From Gammaproteobacteria bacterium (GTDB lineage: Bacteria > Pseudomonadota > Gammaproteobacteria > GCA-002705445 > GCA-002716945): a DNA stretch of 64,000 nt. Below, in pieces: positions 21,628 to 32,852 of this stretch (position 1 is the stretch's first letter; each line of letters opens with the position of its first letter). The stretch lies in NCBI GenBank assembly GCA_045561295.1, contig JBJKYD010000009.1:164115-228114 (forward strand). The letters run 5' to 3'. A program made the position numbers and the translations under genes. The notes under the pieces are model-generated. The model had not been told where the DNA came from. It worked only from the letters and a program-made list of their open reading frames with translations, and searched no databases.

Positions 21628-22512
21628 ATGAAAACAAAAGATATATATAAATCCTTTTCAAAGGTGCAAGGAATTATCATTGATGAAATACAACAGCTTG
21701 ATAGTTCTTCAAATAGAAATATTACTAAATGGAAACATAATCAAGGTGGTGGTGGCCTAAGTTGTGAAATATCAGGTAATAAATATTTAGAAAAAGCAGC
21801 CGTTAACTTTTCTAGTATTACAGGGGGAAAACTACCATCTAGTGCTTTAGAAAAAACTGGCATGAAAGGATTAAAGAAATTTAATGCGACTGGTGTATCT
21901 GTTATCGTGCACCCCTGGAATCCTAAAGCTCCATGTTCGCACTTAAATATTAGGTTCTTTGAGGCAGTTGTCGGTAAAAAAACCATTTGGTGGTTTGGTG
22001 GTGGTTTTGATCTAACCCCATACTTTATCAATAAAAGTGATGTGCTGTTCTGGAAGAAGTCTGCAGAGACTCTTTGTAATAAATATAATAAAGGCTTTTA
22101 CAAAAAGTATAATGATAATTGTAACAAATACTTTTTCTTACCACACCGTAATGAGCCCCGTGGTGTAGGCGGCATCTTTTTTGATCAGCTTAATAGCCTA
22201 GACTACGATGTTTGTAAAAGTTTTGCTTTAGATTGTGCTGCGACTTTTATTCAATCATACTCAAAACTGTTTAACAGTAAAAAGAATCTTAAATATACAA
22301 AAAAAGAAAAGGCATTCCAGCTGTATAGAAGAGGAAGATATGTAGAATTTAATTTATTGTATGATAGAGGAACATTATTCGGATTGCAGTCTGGTGGTAG
22401 ATCAGAATCAATATTAATGTCTATGCCACCAAAGGTATCTTGGTCCAAAGATTATAATTTCGAAGTATATGAACAGAAGCTATTAAAAATGTTTACCTTA
22501 GCTAGAAAATAA
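21628..22512 (+). CDS. hemF: oxygen-dependent coproporphyrinogen III oxidase
   Basis: WWFGGGFDLTP, RGVGGIFFD, RRGRYVEFNL motifs. Confidence 0.96.
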   Translation: MKTKDIYKSFSKVQGIIIDEIQQLDSSSNRNITKWKHNQGGGGLSCEISGNKYLEKAAVNFSSITGGKLPSSALEKTGMKGLKKFNATGVSVIVHPWNPKAPCSHLNIRFFEAVVGKKTIWWFGGGFDLTPYFINKSDVLFWKKSAETLCNKYNKGFYKKYNDNCNKYFFLPHRNEPRGVGGIFFDQLNSLDYDVCKSFALDCAATFIQSYSKLFNSKKNLKYTKKEKAFQLYRRGRYVEFNLLYDRGTLFGLQSGGRSESILMSMPPKVSWSKDYNFEVYEQKLLKMFTLARK

Positions 22513-22974
22513 GCTGTCCAACAGTTTGATATTTTTTTCTTTTTCTTCTTCTTTAAGATCTACAATTGCAGTTGTTAATCTTGATACACAATTCATCTTG
22601 CCAACTTCATTAAATATTTCAATATTCCATACATGAACAGATTTACCTAGAGCGACTGCTTTAGTAACTCCAGTAACTAATCCAGATTTTACAGGCCTTA
22701 TATGATTTGCATTTATTTCTAAGCCTACAGCTTTTTGTTTTTTCATATCTAAACATAGGTTTGATGCAATACTTCCAAGAGCCTCTGCAAGTACGCATGA
22801 TGCTCCACCATGCAAAACACCTCTAGATTGTCTAGTAAAATCCTCAACTGGCATGGTTGCTGTTATTGAGTTATCGCTGATTTCAGTAAATTTTATACCT
22901 AGATGTCTATTAAGATTGTTATCTCTTAGAGCAATTACATGCTCGAGCGTATAGTTTTCATGCCAAATTCTCAT
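22498..22974 (-). CDS. hotdog-fold PaaI/MenI-type thioesterase
   Basis: Q..GVLHGGASCVLAE, GLEINANH motifs. Confidence 0.9.
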   Translation of the reverse strand: MRIWHENYTLEHVIALRDNNLNRHLGIKFTEISDNSITATMPVEDFTRQSRGVLHGGASCVLAEALGSIASNLCLDMKKQKAVGLEINANHIRPVKSGLVTGVTKAVALGKSVHVWNIEIFNEVGKMNCVSRLTTAIVDLKEEEKEKNIKLLDSLFSS

Positions 22975-23028
22975 CTATATACCTCATATGTTAAAACTTG
23001 ATAGATTAATATATCATCTTCTCTTAAA

Positions 23029-24045
23029 ATGAAAAGGCAAATGAAAAAGTTATCTAAACAAACTTACCCGTCTTTAAGAATGAGAAGACTAAGAAACAAT
23101 AGTGGTATTAGAAAGTTAATAAGTGAAACTAAACTCACAGTAGATAACTTAGTACAACCTATCTTTGTTACCGAAGGAAAAAATAAAGCTGAAAAAATTT
23201 CTTCACTTCCCGGGATATATAGATATTCTGAAGATAACCTACTAAGAGAGGTAAAAAAGTTAAAAAGTTTAGGTATCATAGCTGTAGCATTATTTCCAAA
23301 CATATCAAAAAATAATAAATCAGAAAGCGCTAACGAAGCTTTTAATAATGATGGTCTCATACAAAGGTGCATTAGAAAGATAAAAGATAAATTTCCAGAT
23401 TTTATTGTTATTAGTGATGTTGCTCTAGATCCTTATACCTCTCATGGGCAAGACGGAATTATTGACTCTACTGGTTACATTATAAATGACGTTACAAACG
23501 ATGTTTTGTTAAAACAAGCATTAAGTCATGCTGAAGCTGGCTCTGATATAGTTGCTCCATCAGATATGATGGATGGAAGAATAAAAATTATAAGAAAAGG
23601 ACTTGAAAAAGAAAGTTTCTATAATACAAAAATACTTTCTTACTCTGCTAAATATGCATCAAGTTACTATGGACCCTTTAGAGATGCAGTAGGTTCAATA
23701 TCAGCTTTAGGAAAAGCAGATAAAAAAACATATCAAATGGATTTTTCAAATAAATCAGAAGCTATCAGAGAGGTCGACTTAGATCTTAGAGAAGGAGCTG
23801 ACCTAGTGATGGTTAAGCCCGCGTTGCCATATTTGGACATTATTTCACTAATAAAAGAAACATTCAAAATTCCAGTATTTGCGTATCATGTTAGTGGTGA
23901 ATACTTAATGATAAAATCTGCTGCTAAAAATAAATCAATAGATGAGAAATTGATAGTCATTGAGACTCTTACTTGTATTAAAAGATCTGGAGCATCGTCA
24001 ATCATTACATATTACGCAAAAGAAGTTGCACAATGGCTAAACTAG
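23029..24045 (+). CDS. hemB: porphobilinogen synthase
   Basis: DVALDPYTSHGQDG, SDMMDGR, MVKP motifs. Confidence 0.96.
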   Translation: MKRQMKKLSKQTYPSLRMRRLRNNSGIRKLISETKLTVDNLVQPIFVTEGKNKAEKISSLPGIYRYSEDNLLREVKKLKSLGIIAVALFPNISKNNKSESANEAFNNDGLIQRCIRKIKDKFPDFIVISDVALDPYTSHGQDGIIDSTGYIINDVTNDVLLKQALSHAEAGSDIVAPSDMMDGRIKIIRKGLEKESFYNTKILSYSAKYASSYYGPFRDAVGSISALGKADKKTYQMDFSNKSEAIREVDLDLREGADLVMVKPALPYLDIISLIKETFKIPVFAYHVSGEYLMIKSAAKNKSIDEKLIVIETLTCIKRSGASSIITYYAKEVAQWLN

Positions 24046-24839
24046 ATTTTGCTGTTATAGGAAAACCGGTAGCTCATAGCATGTCACCTCAAATTCATAA
24101 TTTTTTTGCTGCACAATTTGATTTCAAAAATTATAGTTATAAAAAGATTTTATCATCTAAAGAAAATCTTAAGGAGACTGTAAATGATTTCTTTAGAAAT
24201 GGTGGCTCTGGTTTAAATATAACCGTCCCATTCAAAGTAGATGCATATAATTTATGTGACATATTAGATGAGACGGCAAGTCAGTGTGGCAGTGTGAACA
24301 CTCTAAAAAGTGAGTTAGGTAAAATAAAAGGATATAATACCGATGGCCAAGGCTTCATAGATGACTTAATAAAAAAAAATGTATGCATTAATAACTCAAC
24401 AATATTAATTTTAGGAGCTGGAGGTTCCGCCATGAGTATTGCAAATTCTCTACTGCGAGAATCTATCGAATCAAAAATATCTATTTTAAATCGAACTATA
24501 AGTAATGCTGATAAATTAGTTGATTATTTTAGTAACAATAATCTTCAGATTCACAAAACTGGTTCCGTTTACGATTTGGTTATAAATACCACACCGATAA
24601 GTATGTCTGCGGATAAAGTAACTTTTCCAAATAACTTTATTAAACCATCTACAACATGTTATGACTTATTTTACAGTAATCAACAAACAACATTTCAAGA
24701 ATGGTCAATTAGAAATGGTATTGAAATTTGTTATGATGGTCTTGGGATGTTAATAGAGCAAGCAAAACATTCTTTCACAATTTGGAATAATAAAATACCT
24801 GATGTAAACAGTCTAGAAGAACAATTAAGGCTCACTTAG
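24033..24839 (+). CDS. aroE: shikimate dehydrogenase
   Basis: HSMSP, NITVPFK, NTDG, GAGGSA, DGLGML motifs. Confidence 0.94.
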   Translation: MAKLDFAVIGKPVAHSMSPQIHNFFAAQFDFKNYSYKKILSSKENLKETVNDFFRNGGSGLNITVPFKVDAYNLCDILDETASQCGSVNTLKSELGKIKGYNTDGQGFIDDLIKKNVCINNSTILILGAGGSAMSIANSLLRESIESKISILNRTISNADKLVDYFSNNNLQIHKTGSVYDLVINTTPISMSADKVTFPNNFIKPSTTCYDLFYSNQQTTFQEWSIRNGIEICYDGLGMLIEQAKHSFTIWNNKIPDVNSLEEQLRLT

Positions 24840-25352
24840 GAAATCATCTTTAGTATTCACATAATGAGTCGCTGAATATTTTAGAAACTCGAGCTCAGCA
24901 TCATTCAAAGGTCTAATCTTCTTACATGGTGAACCCATATATAAATAACCCGACTCCAACGTCTTACCAGAGGGTACAAGTGACTTTGCTCCTATTATAA
25001 CTTTTTTTGATATTATCGTGCCATCAAGAATAACACTGCCCATTCCGACTAGGGCCATGTCCTCTATAGTGCAGGCGTGTATTATACATCCATGTCCTAT
25101 TGTTACATCTGCCCCAATATGGCATTGATAACCCTCTGAATATTGACTTTTATGAGTGACATGTACAATACTGCCATCTTGAATATTTGTTCTTTCTCCT
25201 ATAGTAATTGGGTTTATATCTCCCCTAATCACTGATTGAGGCCAAACACTTACATCATCTCCAAGAGAAACATCACCAATAACTGTAGCTTGCTCATCAA
25301 CAAATACCCGCTTTCCTATGCTCGGGGTAAAATCTTTAAATTTTCTAATCAT
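24825..25352 (-). CDS. gamma carbonic anhydrase family protein (YrdA-like)
   Basis: Hexapeptide repeats, RGD, NIQD, three His ligands. Confidence 0.92.
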   Translation of the reverse strand: MIRKFKDFTPSIGKRVFVDEQATVIGDVSLGDDVSVWPQSVIRGDINPITIGERTNIQDGSIVHVTHKSQYSEGYQCHIGADVTIGHGCIIHACTIEDMALVGMGSVILDGTIISKKVIIGAKSLVPSGKTLESGYLYMGSPCKKIRPLNDAELEFLKYSATHYVNTKDDFLSEP

Positions 25353-25416
25353 AATGTATGTTTAAATAATTACTTAAAAACTATATCATAGTCAAAAAAT
25401 TAAAATAGGAGTAGAA

Positions 25417-25965
25417 ATGAGTGAAAAAATGACAATGCGTGTTGGTGAATCACTAGTCGCTGGAGGTCCTGCCGGCACAGCTGCTGAGCCTGAAGTAATC
25501 ATAGGTGAGCTTGACGGGCCTTTCGGTACTGCCTTTGCAAATCTATTAGGTGACCAAGCCAAAGGACATTCGAAAGTCTTAGCAATTATGAATACAGATA
25601 TTATGGTTAAACCTGCAACGCTTATGGTCAGTAAAGTTTCAGTTGATAATACTAGATATACTAATATTCTAATGGGTACGGTTCAAGGCGCTATAGCAAA
25701 TGGAGTTTTAGATTCTGTAAGAGACGGCACTATAGATAAAAATAAAGCAAATGATCTTGGAATTATTGTATCGGTCTGGCTTAATCCAAGTGTAAGTAAA
25801 GATGATAATTTAGATCATAAAATTCTTTTTGATATTCATAGAAAAGCGACACATCAAGCTATTAAAAAAGCTATGAATAACGAACCGTCGATAGATTGGT
25901 TATTAGAAAATCAAGATAATCTGATTCATAAATATTATCAAATGGGCCTAGATGGTAAAATATAA
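25417..25965 (+). CDS. fae: formaldehyde-activating enzyme homologue (divergent Fae-type)
   Basis: GESLV, IIGELDGPFGTAFA, VKPATLMVSKV, QGAIANGVLDSV, IIVSVW motifs; AGGAG RBS. Confidence 0.85.
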   Translation: MSEKMTMRVGESLVAGGPAGTAAEPEVIIGELDGPFGTAFANLLGDQAKGHSKVLAIMNTDIMVKPATLMVSKVSVDNTRYTNILMGTVQGAIANGVLDSVRDGTIDKNKANDLGIIVSVWLNPSVSKDDNLDHKILFDIHRKATHQAIKKAMNNEPSIDWLLENQDNLIHKYYQMGLDGKI

Positions 25966-25968
25966 ATA

Positions 25969-26826
25969 ATGTTTAATCGAATGAATAACTATTTTCTATT
26001 AATGCGATTGAACAAACCTATAGGCATTTATCTACTTATGTGGCCTATGCTTTGGGCTTTTTGGGTATCTGCGAATGGACAACCAAATATATTTTACTTA
26101 TTACTATTTATGATAGGCGCTGTACTCACAAGGTCCGCTGGTTGTGTCATTAATGATTACTTTGATAGAGATATTGATTCTAAAGTAGAAAGAACGAAAG
26201 AGAGAATGTTAGTCTCTGGCAAAGTTAGCTCAAATGAGGCTACAATTATTTTTATAGCTCTTATATCATTATGTATCTTACTTCTGCTAATGATTGGAGC
26301 TGATATTCTTATCTATGCCTTAATTTCATTCTGTCTACTTGTTATTTACCCCATCTCAAAAAGAGTGATTAAAATTCCTCAGTTAATTCTAGGCATAGCT
26401 TTTGGATCAAGCATACCAATGGTTTACATAGTCCAAATTGGAGAAGTTGATACTTCATGCATACTGCTTTATCTGGCCACAATTTCATGGGCGATATCTT
26501 ATGATACTTACTATGCGATAGCAGATAAGCAGGATGATATAAAAATAGGAAATAAATCGTCAGCAATTTTGTTTGGAAATAATGATATTCACGCACCTTA
26601 TTGGCTACAAATGTTAACTATAACTTTATTAATAATTGTCGGTTTGATAAACAATTTGAATTTAATTTTCTATGTTGCATTATTTTTAGCTACACTAATA
26701 TGCATCTATCAGAAAATTTTAGTATCTAGTCGAAAACCATATCAATGTATCTCAGCTTTTGAAAATAATAATTACTTTGGATTAATAATCTTTTTTGGAC
26801 TACTATTAAGCTACCTTTATGAATAA
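25969..26826 (+). CDS. ubiA: 4-hydroxybenzoate octaprenyltransferase
   Basis: [35 protein letters not shown] motifs. Confidence 0.95.
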   Translation: MFNRMNNYFLLMRLNKPIGIYLLMWPMLWAFWVSANGQPNIFYLLLFMIGAVLTRSAGCVINDYFDRDIDSKVERTKERMLVSGKVSSNEATIIFIALISLCILLLLMIGADILIYALISFCLLVIYPISKRVIKIPQLILGIAFGSSIPMVYIVQIGEVDTSCILLYLATISWAISYDTYYAIADKQDDIKIGNKSSAILFGNNDIHAPYWLQMLTITLLIIVGLINNLNLIFYVALFLATLICIYQKILVSSRKPYQCISAFENNNYFGLIIFFGLLLSYLYE

Positions 26827-27763
26827 AAATACTAAAAAATGGAAACTTGATGATATAGAAAATCTATATCGTCTACCTTTTAATGATCTTATTTTTAAAG
26901 CTCATTCTATTCATAGAGAGCATCATGATCCTAATAAAATTCAAGTCTCGACATTAATGTCTATCAAGACTGGTGGCTGCCCTGAAGATTGTAAATATTG
27001 TTCACAAAGTATCAAATACAATACTGATGTAGAAATTGAAAAACTGCTTTCTGTTGAAGATGTCATTGATCAGGCGAAAGCTGCGAAAGACTCTGGTGCA
27101 TCTAGGTTTTGTATGGGTGCTGCATGGAGAAATCTAAACGATAGTAACCTAGAAAAGATTAAAGATATGGTCAAAGCTGTAAAGAATCTTAACCTAGAGA
27201 CCTGCTTAACGCTAGGTATGTTAAAAAAAGAGCAAGCAGATTCTCTCAAAGAATGTGGATTAGATTATTATAATCATAATTTAGATAGTTCGGAAGAGTA
27301 TTACAGCAAAGTTGTATCCACAAGAACTTATCAAGATAGACTCAATACATTAAGTTATGTCAGAGATGCAGGTATAAAAGTATGCACTGGTGGTATATTA
27401 GGTCTTGGCGAAGAAAATATAGACCGGCTAAAACTTATTGAAGTACTTTGTAATATGGAAGAACAACCAGAGTCAGTTCCGATGAACAAACTAGTAAAGA
27501 TTGATGGGACGCCATACTCAGAAAATGAAAATGTTGATAACTTCGATTTCATAAGAGTTATAGCTATTTCAAGAATTACTATGCCAAAGACTTTTGTGAG
27601 ATTATCTGCAGGAAGAGATAGTATGAATGATGAGATGCAAGCATTATGTTTCTTTGCTGGGGCAAATTCCATATTTTATGGTGATGAGCTACTTACAACA
27701 AAAAATTCCTCTATTAATCATGACAAAGTTCTGATGGATAAACTTAGCATTAAAACTCTATAA
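26819..27763 (+). CDS. bioB: biotin synthase
   Basis: CPEDCKYC radical SAM motif, YNHNLD, VRLSAGR. Confidence 0.97.
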   Translation: MNKNTKKWKLDDIENLYRLPFNDLIFKAHSIHREHHDPNKIQVSTLMSIKTGGCPEDCKYCSQSIKYNTDVEIEKLLSVEDVIDQAKAAKDSGASRFCMGAAWRNLNDSNLEKIKDMVKAVKNLNLETCLTLGMLKKEQADSLKECGLDYYNHNLDSSEEYYSKVVSTRTYQDRLNTLSYVRDAGIKVCTGGILGLGEENIDRLKLIEVLCNMEEQPESVPMNKLVKIDGTPYSENENVDNFDFIRVIAISRITMPKTFVRLSAGRDSMNDEMQALCFFAGANSIFYGDELLTTKNSSINHDKVLMDKLSIKTL

Positions 27764-27765
27764 TC

Positions 27766-28935
27766 TTGACGTCTTTCAAAAATCAAATAAAAAAAATAAA
27801 TTCCCTAGGCTACTTAAGAACAAGGTCTGTTATAAATGTTGAGAAGAGTACTAAAGTAAATTTAGGCAATAAAATAGTGACATCCTTCCTTAGCAATGAC
27901 TATCTTGGAATGTCAAAGAATCGAATTATAATAACTGAATTAAAGAAATCAGCTAATACTCATGGAATAGGCTCCGGATCCTCTCCTCTTATTTCAGGTT
28001 ATAGTGAATCACATCATTATCTTGAAAAAGAAATTGCAGAATATTTAAATGCAGAATCTTGTCTAGTGGTTAACAGTGGATATATGGCAAACCTATGTCT
28101 TTTGAATATTTTTGATCAGGAAATGAATGTCGTTCAAGATAGACAGTCTCATAACTCGATAATTGAATCCTCTAAAATAAATAAAATAAAAATTAATCGG
28201 TATAAACATCTTGATAATTCTCATTTAGAAAAACATTTGCGAAATGGAAAGCAAGATATTATTTTTAGCGAATCTGTATTCAGTATGTCAGGTGATGCAA
28301 CAAATATTAAAGAACACTATAAGTTAAAAAAGAAGTATAAACCTTTTTTATTTGTTGATGATGCACATGGATTTGCTATAGCAAAGTGCAAAATAAAAAA
28401 TAATTCTATAGAAAACTCATGTTCATCTTTTAATATTAAAATCTCAAACATTGATGCATACATGGGAACTTTTGGCAAAGCTGTTGGAACGCTAGGGGCA
28501 TTTATCTGTGGGAATAAAGACCTTATTGATATGGTTGTACAAAAAGGCCGTCCATATATATACTCAACTGCGCTTCCAAGATGTATTATTGACGCTACTA
28601 GGAAAAGTTTAAAAATTCTTGCAATAAATAAAACAAGATACAATAAGCTTCATAGCAACATATCTTATTTTAATAAGCAAAGTCTTAAGAAGGACATGGC
28701 ATTCAATCTTACAGAAAGTCCAATAAAAACATATCTGATAGGCGACCCTCATTCAACACTTAGCATTAGAGATAAGCTTTTAAAAGAAGGAATAATGGTT
28801 CAAGCCATAAGATACCCGACTGTACCCAGAAAACATGATAAATTAAGAGTTACCTTAACCTCAGACCATACGAAGAAAGATATTGATATACTTCTTGATA
28901 CACTAGAGAATATACATTGTGAAAAATCTAAATAA
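27766..28935 (+). CDS. bioF: 8-amino-7-oxononanoate synthase
   Basis: SNDYLG, SGYMANL, DDAHG, TFGKA, IRYPTVP; follows bioB. Confidence 0.9.
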   Translation: MTSFKNQIKKINSLGYLRTRSVINVEKSTKVNLGNKIVTSFLSNDYLGMSKNRIIITELKKSANTHGIGSGSSPLISGYSESHHYLEKEIAEYLNAESCLVVNSGYMANLCLLNIFDQEMNVVQDRQSHNSIIESSKINKIKINRYKHLDNSHLEKHLRNGKQDIIFSESVFSMSGDATNIKEHYKLKKKYKPFLFVDDAHGFAIAKCKIKNNSIENSCSSFNIKISNIDAYMGTFGKAVGTLGAFICGNKDLIDMVVQKGRPYIYSTALPRCIIDATRKSLKILAINKTRYNKLHSNISYFNKQSLKKDMAFNLTESPIKTYLIGDPHSTLSIRDKLLKEGIMVQAIRYPTVPRKHDKLRVTLTSDHTKKDIDILLDTLENIHCEKSK

Positions 28936-30136
28936 TAAAAATATATTAGTTGGTATTACTGGCAGTATCGCTGCGTATAAGGCGGCTCAGCTTGTTAGTA
29001 ATTTAAAAAATAATGGTGCTAATGTAAAAGTTATAATGACTAAAGCCTCGACATCATTTATTACTGAAAGAACTTTAGAATCAATATCAAATAATAAAGT
29101 ATTGGTAGATGAGTCTGAAACAGGAGAATCATTCCTTCATCTAGAAGTTGCAAAATGGGCAGATATTATTCTTGTTGCACCATGCACTGCAAACTCACTA
29201 AATAAGATTACAAAAGGTCTCGGTGATGATCTCTTATCTACGACATGTCTTGCGTTTAAAAGAAAAATTTTTATAGCTCCTGCAATGAATCCCGATATGT
29301 GGAATAACACTATCGTGCAAGATAACTTAAAAAATATATCAGTAGATAAATTTGAGATAATTGGACCAGACTATGGCAATCATGCGTGCGGGGATGTTGG
29401 TTATGGCAGAATGTCATCTCCAGATCTTATTATCGAAACCTTAAGTAAAGCAATGGGCAAAGGTATCTTAGATGGTATCAAAATATTAATCACTGCAGGT
29501 CCAACAAGAGAACCAATAGATCCAGTTCGGTTCATCAGTAACTACAGTTCAGGAAAAATGGGTTATGCTATTGCAGAATATGCTAGAGATTTAGGTGGTG
29601 ATGTTAGATTAATCACCGGGCCTGTGAAACTTGCATTACCAGAAGCAATACCAACTAAAGCTGTTGAGACATCTTCAGAAATGCTGGACGAGGTCTTAGA
29701 TAGTGTATCTGATTGTGATATTTTTATTTCTGCAGCTGCAATATCAGACTACAAGCCTTCTGATACCTTAACTGAAAAACATAAAAGTGCTGATGGTGAT
29801 CTTAATATAAAACTTGTGCGTGGAGAAGATATCTTAAAAACAGCTAAATTAAAAAATAAGAATATGTTTGCTGTTGGATTTTCTGCAGAAACGAAAAATA
29901 TTGAAGAAAATGCAAAAGCAAAGCTTGTTAGTAAAAAAATTGATATGATAATAGCTAATGAGGCAAATCACCAAAAAGGATTGGGCTTTGAATCTGATTA
30001 TAATCAAATAGTTATCATAAATGAATCAGAGACAACTACGATACCTCGTAATTCAAAAAAAGAATTGGCAAAGATTATCATTCATAAAATAGTATCTATA
30101 TACAAAAAAAATCTGTTGAAGATAAAAAATGCTTGA
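28919..30136 (+). CDS. coaBC: phosphopantothenoylcysteine decarboxylase / ligase
   Basis: [43 protein letters not shown]. Confidence 0.96.
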   Translation: MKNLNNKNILVGITGSIAAYKAAQLVSNLKNNGANVKVIMTKASTSFITERTLESISNNKVLVDESETGESFLHLEVAKWADIILVAPCTANSLNKITKGLGDDLLSTTCLAFKRKIFIAPAMNPDMWNNTIVQDNLKNISVDKFEIIGPDYGNHACGDVGYGRMSSPDLIIETLSKAMGKGILDGIKILITAGPTREPIDPVRFISNYSSGKMGYAIAEYARDLGGDVRLITGPVKLALPEAIPTKAVETSSEMLDEVLDSVSDCDIFISAAAISDYKPSDTLTEKHKSADGDLNIKLVRGEDILKTAKLKNKNMFAVGFSAETKNIEENAKAKLVSKKIDMIIANEANHQKGLGFESDYNQIVIINESETTTIPRNSKKELAKIIIHKIVSIYKKNLLKIKNA

Positions 30137-30578
30137 TAGTGTTCAAGTAAAAATTGTCAATAATATTATTAAAGAATTGCCAGATTACGCAACAGAGGGT
30201 TCGGCGGGCTTGGACCTCCGTGCGGCTATAAATAAAAAGATGAAACTGCACTCTAAGGAAACAATTTTAATACCAACAGGGTTATCTATTTTTATTGAAG
30301 ATAAAGATTATGCTGCAACACTGCTACCGCGGTCTGGTCTAGGCCATAAAAAAGGAATAGTCTTAGGTAACTTAGTTGGTCTTATAGATTCTGATTATCA
30401 AGGTGAACTCATGATATCTTGTTGGAATAGAAGTAAAGAGAATTACATAATTGAGCCTTTAGATAGAATTGCACAAATGATATTTATAAAAGTTGAACAT
30501 CCTAAGCTAGAGATTGTCGACGAGTTCAGGGCTTCCAAAAGAGGTGAGAAAGGTTTTGGTTCATCAGGAAAAAAATAG
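30129..30578 (+). CDS. dut: dUTP diphosphatase
   Basis: [28 protein letters not shown] motifs. Confidence 0.97.
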   Translation: MLDSVQVKIVNNIIKELPDYATEGSAGLDLRAAINKKMKLHSKETILIPTGLSIFIEDKDYAATLLPRSGLGHKKGIVLGNLVGLIDSDYQGELMISCWNRSKENYIIEPLDRIAQMIFIKVEHPKLEIVDEFRASKRGEKGFGSSGKK

Positions 30579-30581
30579 CAC

Positions 30582-31949
30582 ATGAACGCAGATATCTTCA
30601 GAGCATATGACATCAGAGGTCTTTATCCATCAGACCTTAATGAAGAAACCGCATATAAAATTGGGGCTGCCTTAGCTGATAAAATTACTATCAATCGAAA
30701 AGCAGTTGTAGCAATGGATGGAAGGCTAAGTGGGCCTCGTATTAAGAAATCATTAATTGATGGTCTTGTTTCGCATGGTATTGAAGTTACTGATTGTGGA
30801 ATGCTGCCAACACCAATGCTTTATTTTGCAACTAAAATACTCAATATACCGAATGGCTTTATGGTAACCGGGAGTCATAATCCTAAAGACTATAATGGAA
30901 TCAAGATGATTGTAGGCGATAATCCACTTTTTGACAAAGATATATATGCTCTTAGAGACTGGATAGCCAATAATATAATTGAAGAGGTTGGTAACAATGA
31001 TAAGCCAAACATATCTAGTGATATAGCTGATAAATACATCAAAAGAATAAAAGAAGATATATCAATTAATCTTGAAGACAAATTTGTTATTGACTGCATG
31101 AATGGAATCACAGGAAGTGTAATAGAAAAAGTAACCAGAGCATTTAATATTAATGCGGAATTTATCAATAGCGCTGTAGATGGTAATTATCCTAATTGTG
31201 ATCCAGATCCCACAAAAGAATCTAACCTAGAAATGCTGAAAGAAAAAATAATCGAGACAAATGCAGAGTACGGAGTTGCATTTGATGGTGACGGTGACCG
31301 TCTTGTAATTATTAAAAAAAATGGAGATATCATTTGGCCTGATCAACTTATGATTTTATTCTCAAAATCTATCCTTGCTGATAATCAGAATGCAAAGATT
31401 GTATACGATGTTAAATGCACAAAAAATCTAAAAAAAACAATAGAAGATTCTAATGGCATACCTATAGAATCAAGAACCGGACACTCATACATTAAACAAA
31501 CAATTAAAAAAGAATCTGCAAAACTAGGCGGAGAAATGAGTGGTCATATATTCTTTAATGACAAATGGTATGGGTTTGATGATGGAATTTATGTTTTTCT
31601 CAGGTTCTTAGAAATATTATCAAATGAGCCTAATCTAGTTGATCATTTATCAAGTTTACCAAAAACATTCTCGACATCAGAAATTGATATAGAATTTCCA
31701 GGAAATGATCATTTTGAATTTATGGAAAGCTTCAGAGCAAATAGTGATTTTCATAACTACTCAGTGTCATATCTAGATGGAATTAAAATATCAGATACAG
31801 ATTCTTGGGGCTTAATAAGAGCCTCAAATACATCACCTAAAATAACGCTCCGTTTTGAATCATTGTCAGAAAGTAGCCTTAATATTATTAAAAATGAAAT
31901 TAAAAATGCTATTCTTAAAATTGATAATACGATAGAATTACCGTTCTAA
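30582..31949 (+). CDS. algC: phosphomannomutase/phosphoglucomutase
   Basis: FRAYDIRG, TGSHNP, DGDGDR, GEMSGH, RASNT motifs. Confidence 0.93.
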   Translation: MNADIFRAYDIRGLYPSDLNEETAYKIGAALADKITINRKAVVAMDGRLSGPRIKKSLIDGLVSHGIEVTDCGMLPTPMLYFATKILNIPNGFMVTGSHNPKDYNGIKMIVGDNPLFDKDIYALRDWIANNIIEEVGNNDKPNISSDIADKYIKRIKEDISINLEDKFVIDCMNGITGSVIEKVTRAFNINAEFINSAVDGNYPNCDPDPTKESNLEMLKEKIIETNAEYGVAFDGDGDRLVIIKKNGDIIWPDQLMILFSKSILADNQNAKIVYDVKCTKNLKKTIEDSNGIPIESRTGHSYIKQTIKKESAKLGGEMSGHIFFNDKWYGFDDGIYVFLRFLEILSNEPNLVDHLSSLPKTFSTSEIDIEFPGNDHFEFMESFRANSDFHNYSVSYLDGIKISDTDSWGLIRASNTSPKITLRFESLSESSLNIIKNEIKNAILKIDNTIELPF

Positions 31950-31952
31950 ATT

Positions 31953-32849
31953 ATGAACAAAGAAATTGTGCTAAGAAAAGATACTGCGAATATACCCTCT
32001 ACGGCAGACGTGCTTATAGAAGCATTGCCCTATATACAAAAACTATCTAACAAAATAATAGTCATTAAATTTGGTGGTAATGCAATGATTGATGACAAAC
32101 TTAAAAATAGCTTTGCCCGTGATATTGTTCTTTTAAAACAAGTTGGTCTCCACCCTGTAATTGTTCATGGTGGTGGACCACAAATAACAAGCTACCTTGA
32201 GAAAATGGGAATTAAAAGTGAATTTGTAGATGGCATGAGAGTGACAGATGAGAAATCAATAGACCTTATTGAAATGGTTCTTGGCGGATCTATTAATAAA
32301 GAGATTGTAAATTTGATCACAAGCCATGGAGGCAGAGCCGTAGGTTTATCTGGCAAAGATGGTGGATTAATAAGGGCTAAAAAAATGGTTTCTGAAGGTA
32401 AAAATAAAAACTTTGATTTCAAGAATACAGGTATGGTCGCAAGCATTGATCCAAGTGTAGTAAATCTCCTAGACTCTACATCGTTTATTCCTGTCATTGC
32501 GCCAATTGGCATAGGAGATGATTACAAAACCTATAATATTAATGCCGACATAGTTGCTGGCAAAATTGCAAAAATCCTACAAGCTGGTAAATATGTTATG
32601 TTGACTAACACTGCAGGTGTCTTTGATGATGATGGCAATCTTATTAAATCCATGAATGCTGAACAGGTAAGACAGTTTGTAAAAAAAGGTACTATATCTT
32701 CAGGAATGTTACCTAAGGTTGAGTCTGCACTTGAGGCTGTATCTGCTGGTGTACATAACGTGCAGATAATTGACGGCACAATTGAACACGCATTACTCCT
32801 TGAGCTTTTTACAGACGAAGGTGTTGGAACAATGATTCGCAGAACATAA
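31953..32849 (+). CDS. argB: acetylglutamate kinase
   Basis: IKFGGNAM, VHGGGPQI, NINAD, GMLPK motifs. Confidence 0.96.
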   Translation: MNKEIVLRKDTANIPSTADVLIEALPYIQKLSNKIIVIKFGGNAMIDDKLKNSFARDIVLLKQVGLHPVIVHGGGPQITSYLEKMGIKSEFVDGMRVTDEKSIDLIEMVLGGSINKEIVNLITSHGGRAVGLSGKDGGLIRAKKMVSEGKNKNFDFKNTGMVASIDPSVVNLLDSTSFIPVIAPIGIGDDYKTYNINADIVAGKIAKILQAGKYVMLTNTAGVFDDDGNLIKSMNAEQVRQFVKKGTISSGMLPKVESALEAVSAGVHNVQIIDGTIEHALLLELFTDEGVGTMIRRT

Positions 32850-32852
32850 GAT

